This document shows positions 55,701 to 64,000 of a stretch of DNA of 64,000 nucleotides, one piece after another; position 1 is the first letter of the stretch, and each line of letters begins with the position of its first letter. The notes below the pieces were generated by a model. The model saw nothing but the letters and a program-made list of their open reading frames with translations, ran no database searches and had not been told where the DNA came from. The stretch covers positions 2,480,001 to 2,544,000 of the forward strand of contig MU058000.1 of the NCBI GenBank assembly GCA_013265495.1, in the 5' to 3' direction. The position numbers were made by a program, and so were the translations under genes. This stretch comes from Vicugna vicugna (lineage: Eukaryota).

Positions 55701-58700
55701 TTCCTTAAACTCCATCCCCCTCAATTAGTCTACTTCTTTTCTTCTTCCCAAGCCAAATTATTCCTTTTTTCTCCAATTAAAAACAAACATCCCTCCCCCC
55801 CACCCTGCCCAAAGAAAAGGGCACAAAGATTCAAAGCATTTCAATGTGTATAAACAACATTCTGGGAAATTAAATAGACTCTCCATTAGCATAATGAAGT
55901 TGAATACTTTTGAAAGATTGATAGCCTTTCACATTATTTTTCTTGTAAGGTCTTGCCTATATTCTCAGCATATTCAGCTTGAAAATATATTGCTGGATTC
56001 CTATCTTGCAACATGTTGTGAAATAATTTGTTACTGAAATAACTAGAAAAAAATATCTGTAAATCATCATTTTTACCTCAGGTTGATGATTGCTTTTCTA
56101 TTTATAAAAGCAAACGAAGAAATAAAGATTGCTCTATGTACATAAAAGTTTACAAACAACAGAACAATAATTAATTACCCAAGAAATAGTTGTACGTCAA
56201 AAAGTAAACAGTTAAATATCAAGCAACATATATGATATATAGACGTTATCTGATCTGTCATCTTGCTGTGCTCCATCACTGTATTTATTCCTATTGCATT
56301 ACTAAGGTTTTCATTAAGATAGAGTTTGGATTTATATATTTGGTATTTTAAGTCACACACCTCTTTCTTTTCAAATTAGTGTTGCTTTCTCCACTGTAAA
56401 TCTTTTGGTTTAGAAAGAAAATTATTTGCTAGATTTACAGTGTGTCTGATCTTGATTTGGCTGTGTTACACTGGGATTTGGTTATTTTAATTAGATCGTC
56501 AGAACTTTATCTGATTATTATAAAAACTTTTGAGCTATTTTCATGATCGCATTTAACCCTAACATCTGTTCTAGGTTCATGTTCTCTCTCTGGAGTTTAA
56601 CAGACATAATGCAGAAGAAGTCAAGCCACACCTCCTTTGATTCTTCAGGACTTCTGTGACTTTACTGTTTTTAAGTTTTATAGACCCCATTCAAAACTCT
56701 TACACCCATTATTTCTTCTCTGTTGCCCTGGTTAGGGTGATAATTTATTCCTAAAATATTATTCTGAGGATTCTTACTTCTATATTCTGACCTCTCCAAT
56801 TCATCCTTCTCACTGTGGAAAGATTGGCATATGTTCCTAACTTCCCATTGCTTACTTAATCAAATCCAACATATCAATAAGACACTAAAGATCGCCATCT
56901 TTTCTACTTTTCCAGTCCTCCCATTACACACTATCACAGTTATCCCACAATGTAACTTCCGAATCACCCATCATTTGCCGATATTTTCTTTGCATGGATG
57001 TTCATTTGTGTCTGGTGCTCTTAAGGCTAAAATATCTATGTCATGTTTCTGATTTTAAATTTTTAGTTTTTGCGAAGAAACTATCATCTTCGTTTAGAAA
57101 AAAGTAAAACCAATGCCTTACAAAGTTTTCACTGCAGGGAGAAAATTCACACAGGGAAGGGAAGTTCAAAATTTTAGGCAAGACTCTGTCCCTCACGATT
57201 TGACTTTCCATTGGGTACTTCTCATTTCTCACTCCTGTCATAAGAATAAATGTTGTCAGGCAATGAATGACTTTTGAACCTCAGATGGTATAATTGTGAG
57301 CTGCAACTGTATCTATAACTGTCTCTCCTCATGTGTAAATTATTATTTCAGTGCTAACCTTAGAGAGTGTGGATTTATTTTTTATTATTATTTTCTTTTG
57401 TAAAAGAGGCAGATTTTCAAAATTTCAGCTCAAATTCAGCCTCACCTACAAACCTTTTTTCAATCCTTCCAAACAGGATTGAATCCTGTGCTTTCATTGA
57501 ATGCTTTCTTATCTCAGTCATAACTAATATCTCTTCACCTTATAATTGTGCCTGTGATTTCTGAATTACACAGTAGAACATGATTAACTCAAGAGAATAG
57601 ATTCTGCTTTGTTCACTTCTGTACATTTTATTACTCACAAGTTATTTTGCAAGTAGTAAATTATCAATATACAATTGTTTAGTTGAAATAAATTGTAAAG
57701 TATATCATTAGTTATTATGTCTATTTTTGAATATCAGTTAGAAAGTTACTTTATGAATAGCTGAGACCTGAGTTTGAATTTCAACTTTAACACTGTCCAA
57801 TTAAAATCACCTTTGGCATTATTCTTGGCACTGGTGGGACATTAAAAAACAAAAGAGAACTGTGTCCTTACTTTGAGGATCTTGTATTCTAGTTGAGTGA
57901 GAAATAAACACAATAAATATATAAATTATATAAACTATTAGAAGCCAATACATTTTCTGGAAAATAAAGATGTAGAACAAGGTAAAGAACTTCCAACCAT
58001 GCTAAGATCTGGTGTCACAAAATAATTCCTGCTATGTTCTTTATTGCATTTTGTAGGTGCTATTACAGCCTTCAAGAATGACCTTTCCCCCAGTTCTCCA
58101 TCTGGGAAAATATGTTAATTTATTCATCTATTCTTTTTAATGTTAGCACCAGCATTATTTCATATGCTGTTGCTACATAAATTAAGGAACTCTTCTTATG
58201 GTCATCAAGAAAGTTGGTATGATGAGGCAGCTTGACATTATAACTCAAATATAATACAATATGTGTGAATGTGCTATAAAAGTATCAAGTATGATCTGTG
58301 GTCATTCCGGGGGATCTGAGAAGCCACATTAAGGGAAGCAACTAAAACATAGGTTGCAGGCAGGAAGGAGTAGAATAAGAGAGTCTTAGAGAAAGAAGAG
58401 TGTAAACAAGTATCATTTCGTCCAAGCCTATTTCAAGAATTACCTCTTTAGCAAGGTTTTCAGTGAATTGAGAGCTCCTCATTCACTGCCTTCTTTGTGA
58501 TGGCAAAGCTACATAGCACATATTGGAATCTATTATAATTATCAATTTGTGTAACTGTCTCATCTGATGGATGGCCTGCTCCAAGAGCCAACAACCATAG
58601 CTTACTGACCTCAATAAGCATCTCATTTGTTCTTCACTGAAACAGAAAACTGGCAGTCACGTAAATGTTTAATGGATGCAATTCCAGTCATTCCAACCTG

Positions 58701-61700
58701 TTTGTTAAAAAAAAATGATGCCAAAATTAGTAACTATTTAGCATTAATAAGTTAAACCTATTAGGCTCCCAGAATCATTTGGAGGTTAATTTATGGTTAT
58801 TATTTTCAATCATAAAATTTTACCTAAAACTGCTGATTGCATATAAAACTCACCATTCTGAATCACAGGCCTTTTCGTGAATTGGCATATTTGATTTTCT
58901 ACATTGTGAATGTGGTGGCTGACATATCATAAGTATAATTCTGTGTGTGTCAAAACCATTTGTTTCTTCACTCAACTAGTAACATGCTTGAAAACCTAGA
59001 AGGTGAAATAAATTTGTACTTTAAGGAAATATAAACCTGGATGAATGCTGAAACATTTCCAACTTATTCAAAAGTGATTCCATGAGCTTAAATGCTTTTT
59101 TCATGCATAACATTTAAAATATGCTATTGGTTTGAAACTTGTCACTCTTTGGAGCTTAAATGCAAATATTCAGTAAAATGATCCCAGCAGCAGAAAATGG
59201 ATGAATTAATTTAGAAAGCTTATGAAAAGATACAATCTCTTGCTTTTGTAAGCAAAAATACTTAAAATTTACTTTTCTGGGAGCAGCAAAAATGGGCTTT
59301 ATTCCTCTCCAGGGAAAGCCCGTTTCGTGTACCTGTCCTGTCTTCGCTCTCTCCAGTCTCTCAGGAATAAGTTAAGAGAGTGAGTTTGGACATGATTGGT
59401 TTTCCTCTATGTGGAACTTGAAAAGTATTACCAACGAAATATTTATTACATCATATTTTGAGAAAAATGTAGAAGAAAGTTGGCTTGAGCTGGATGATGT
59501 AATATTTTGTCCCCTCATCAGGAAAACGTGGCTTTTTTTTTTTTAAGGTTGCAGAACAGTTGAGAATAAATAATACTCTGCTCAGAAAGACCTCTTAGCT
59601 ATTACCAAGGTGATTTTCAATCAGGACAAAGGAGATAAAAGAAGCAGAATTTCACAATTTTTACTGGATTTAATAACTTTTCCTGAACTGGTCAAATTAA
59701 ATTCTACCTGAAACTAGACTGAAGAAGCAATGTTTTGGGAGGCTCATAATTGGAATCATTGATTGCGGGCCACTCTCCCAATTTATAAATTGAGCCGTAT
59801 CATCAGTCTACCCAGCATGGTGGCTTGTCTCTAGCTTGTGTGTACCTCAGTGGGAAATAGAAAACGCTGACAACCCATCAGTTTCTTTTCAGGAGATCCG
59901 CAACCCTTGATAGAGATATAGACAGACAGAGAATGACAGATGACAGATAGTCACATAGAAGCAGATATTCTTAAGTGATACAAACTAAGATGATAGAAAT
60001 AAACTATATTCTTCCAAGAAACAGGCTTCTGGAATTCTAAGCCTAATTACCAGTTTAATAAATTTTACAAAATATTTTATTCTGATGAGACTATTTTAAT
60101 AAAAGTGGCAGACATCAGAAACACAGCAGCATCAATTTCCTAAGTCTTTTAACTACAAGCTTTTTTGTTAAAAAACAAAATCAAAGAAAATAGCTACCTC
60201 ACTGCCCTCATTTTTTGTACACACCTGAAAATCTCGAGGGAGAATCCAGAGTGTTTAGCCTTTAGGAGGAATTAGTTTATAACTACTAATGTTAAATCAG
60301 TTTTCATCTTAGTACAGGTGTTCAAATCACTTGGCAGTGTTTTCCTTTGATTTGAAAATGTTTTTGCAATTAGATCTCACATAGAACACGTGAGCTATTT
60401 TAAAATACTTTTTTCTTCAGTGGAAATAGTGCCTGGTACAAAAATCATAGGATAGTTTTACTCTTAAATTCTTCTAAAGGAGTAAAAGATAAATTTAGTT
60501 TGGTATTGTGTCAACACCTAGAGATTATTTATATTAGTTCAGATTGTTAAATGTTCATGCAGTGACAAATGCATTTCTCTGAATCTTAGTTTCTTGTGTA
60601 TGATTGTTTTAAAATTAAGCAGTAAATATGCAAAGTTTTCAGCAAGTTTGCTAACATATAAAGACTTTGGGCAAATGGCAGTTCTTTTCTTGTTTTTTCT
60701 TATGCTGTTTTATATTTCCAGAAATACGCATAGAATTTGTGACCATGAAAGTTTTGTTGATGATGAAATCACTAATGTTTTACTTTAATTTATTTATTTT
60801 CCCCATTGACAATCTTGTGGTATCTTTGATTTACACTTGACCCTGTTAACTCTAGCTGTCCTCACCAGAAATCTGGAAAAAACTGTCAAACTATGGACTT
60901 TTATACATTTATTTAATATCTCACCACTCCTGCAAGCAAACCTGTCCAGATCCGTGTCTCTTTTCCAGAGAAATTTTTGGGGCAATTTCTCACACCTGAA
61001 AATATTCCCAAGTACCTAGCATGTGCTTTATTAAACAAGGTAAACAATCAAAATGTGCTGTAGTGCACAAAGTAATTGATTTCAAATTTGTTAATAATAG
61101 CTTATAGTGCTAACACTCTTGGTGTTTCTGGAGAATGATAAGAAATTTTAAGCTAGTGACATCTTTAAGCATCCAAGTGATAGCTCTAACATAGTAAATT
61201 GGAGCCACTGACAATAGGCTGGTGACATAATTGCAGTCATACGTACTTCTTCAAGCAGACATCATATATGAATGCCTGATCTGCTCATGACTAGAGTTTT
61301 CAATATATACACAGAATTAATAATAGGTAGCATTCAACAGGGAAATGTTACAGCTCTTTTGCTCACATTTAACTGCAAAACTTTATCATAAGTATTGTTT
61401 ATATCTAAGGAACACAAACATGTATTTTGAATTAATACATTGTTACATTACACCACTGTAGATTTTTAAGTTATTCTCAAATTCCATTATAAACATCCTT
61501 ATATCTGCTAAATGCATCTAAAACCATGATTGTTAGTACAGGATGCCAAACAACCAGAGACATTTTAAGTAATGTTGCCAGCTAGCTAGTCTATTTTAAT
61601 GGCTCCTATTAAAGAGATTATCTGCTTAACAGGATTTGATATCAGGTCAGGGATTTTTCATTTAACTTAGAAGAAAAAGACGAAATTGAAAAATTGACAA

Positions 61701-62025
61701 GGAACCAAAAAATGAACTCAACTGGCAACCTGAATTAATAGATGGGCCTAAAAATGTTTCAAATTCAAAAGGTTTATTTCAAAATGGATAGATTTCTTCA
61801 TTTCCTTACTATGAATTTGACATACCATTAAACTAGAGTGCTTTTTGACGTTTTTGGTTTGAAAAATGCACGTCCTCACATTCTTACACAAAATATTTCA
61901 AGTTTATAGAGAAACTTTATAAATACATGAGCCACATTGCCAAACAATGCTAGGTTTTATTATGGTAACTGTCATAACAGAATTCATCTTATACAAAGTT
62001 TATTCTCTATCTAATGGTTTTGTAA

Positions 62026-62389
62026 TGCAATGGGTTGAATGTTTGTGTCCTCTCAAATTCATATCTTGAATCCCTAACCCCCAGTGTATGATATTATGAG
62101 GGGGGGCCTTTGGGAAGTAATTAGGTCATAAGGGTGGAGCCCTCGTGAATGGGATGAGTGCCCTTCTAAAAGATATCCTAGAGAGCTCTCTTGTCCTCTT
62201 TCTGTGATGACAGGATGCAGCCAGAAGATGGCCTCTGGGAACCAGAAAGTAGGCTCTCACCAGACATTGAACCTTCCAGCACTCTGATTTTCTATTTCTC
62301 AGTCTCCAGAACCATGTGAAATAAATGTGTCTAGTTTATATCATCAGTCCATGATATTTATGTTACAGCAGTCCAAACAGACTAAGACA
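62026..62389 (+). mobile_element. MLT1A-type MaLR solo LTR
   Basis: tgcaatgggttgaatgtttgtgtcctctcaaattcatat...ggtggagccctcgtgaatgggat...cagactaagaca; TG...CA ends, ~360 bp. Confidence 0.9.
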
Positions 62390-62799
62390 ATGAATATCAA
62401 CCAAAATGATGTAAGATTAAGGCTGTTGCCTTAAAAAGTCACTTATTTTAAAATGTCAATTTCCCTATTATCTCACTGTTAAAATTTTACTTCTTAAAGA
62501 TGTTTTGATTTTTAGATAGCCCATTAACTGTTAAAAGACTCATAAAATATCAATTAATGCCTTGGTAGTTATTACTCTTTATATAACAGCCAAAACTTTA
62601 GGAGAAAGACAGAAAAAGTGTAGCAAATCACTATTAAATGTTATGTACATAATGGAAAACTGAAATTTTATATTAAAAAAACTTACTGTACTTCTAAATG
62701 GAAAAATATAAGCTTTCAGTTCTTGACTGACAAATAACAAAAAACAAAACTAAACTATAAGATAATAATTCCTCAACCTTTACATTTAAAATGATAAAA

Positions 62800-64000
62800 A
62801 GTACACTGACAGGTGGACCATATATTAGCCCAAAAAGAAGTTTCAATAGATTAAAAAAAATAGACATGATACCGAGTAACTTCTCTAACTAAACGAGATG
62901 AAATTTGAAATCAATAACAGAAGGAAAACTGGGAAATGTGTGGAAAATAAACAAGACAGTATTAAACAGTGAATCCATCAAAAAGATACAAGGAAAATTT
63001 TAAAACATTTAAAGATTAATGGCACAGCATCCAAAACTTTAGGGACACAGTAAAAGTGATGCTGAGGAGAAAATTAATTGCTATTAACACATTAAAAAAA
63101 GAAGAAAGACCTCTAATCAGCAACTATTCTTTACGACTTCAGGAACAAGAAAAAAAAAAAGAGCAAATTGATTCCAAAACTAGCAGAAGAAAGGAAATAT
63201 TTAAAATTAAGGCAGAGCTAAACAAAATAGAGAATAGAAAAACAATAGAAAAAAAATCAACCAAACCAGAACTTGGTTCTTTGAAAGTAACAAAATTGAC
63301 AAAACCTTTAGCTTTGTACACCAACACATTGGATAACCCGGATGAAATGGACACATTCCTAGAAACATATAATCTACCAAGACTAAATAACAACAGAATA
63401 GAAAATGTTAATAGACTCATAACTAATAAGGAGATTGAATCAGTAGTAAAATATATCCCAATAAGGGAAGGTTTATAGACCCGATAGCTTCAGTGGTGAG
63501 TTATACCAAACATCTAAGAGTTAACACCAATGTTTCTCAAACTTCCCAAAAACTGAAGAGGGAACACTTCCTAACTCATACTATGAGGCTAGCTTTGCCT
63601 TTATACCAAAGTCAGACAAACACACTGCAAGTAAACAAACAAACAAAACAAACAGACTACAGACTAATATCCCTTTTCAACAACACAAAAGTCCTGAACA
63701 AAATACTAGCAAGTTAAATTTAGCAGCATATTGAAAATATTATACAAAATGACCAAGTAGGATTTATTTCTGGATGGAAGGATGGTTCAACCTACAAAAA
63801 ATTGATCGATATAATAAACCATATTAACAAACAACAAAACTCACATGCTTATCTTGATGCCCCCCCCCAAAAAAGCATTTGACAAGATTAAACAATTTTT
63901 CATAATAAAAGCATTCAACAAAATAGGCATGGACAGAAACTTCCTCAATATAATAAAAGTTATATGTGAAAACTCATTGCATAGCAAACATCATACTCCA
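62800..64000 (+). mobile_element. Older L1 ORF2 fragment (end of endonuclease to RT), internally deleted, runs off the window end
   Basis: SRRKEIFKIKAELNKIENRKTIEK, LYTNTLDNPDEMDTFLETYNLPRLN, DYRLISL..KVLNKILAS; frameshifted. Confidence 0.93.

Overview
AT-rich, gene-poor mammalian genomic DNA. The L1 3' ends and a Tigger1-derived MITE point to a cetartiodactyl, possibly a camelid (inference; I saw no Bov-tA, PRE1 or CHR SINEs). I recognise no intact protein-coding gene, and nearly all listed ORFs are chance frames or repeat-derived. Supportable content: a degenerate ERVL provirus (MLT2 LTR plus gag/pol/dUTPase remnants) split by a younger L1 3' end; several L1 pieces, two with target-site duplications (TSDs); DNA-transposon MITEs; MLT1, MIR and L2 relics; a doubly truncated processed CSK pseudogene; and a tailless 5S rRNA retropseudogene. 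Most noteworthy: (1) a CpG-retaining block at ~51.8-53.3 kb with a full CRE, a convincing 149-bp minus-strand intron and an unrecognised 78-aa ORF that stays in frame across it; (2) a near-perfect REST/RE1 site abutting the CSK retrocopy; (3) a ~435-bp-arm inverted repeat at 30.2-31.3 kb; (4) a solo L1 5' end flanked by 18-bp direct repeats. Repeat family names come from recalled consensus sequences and repeat boundaries are approximate.
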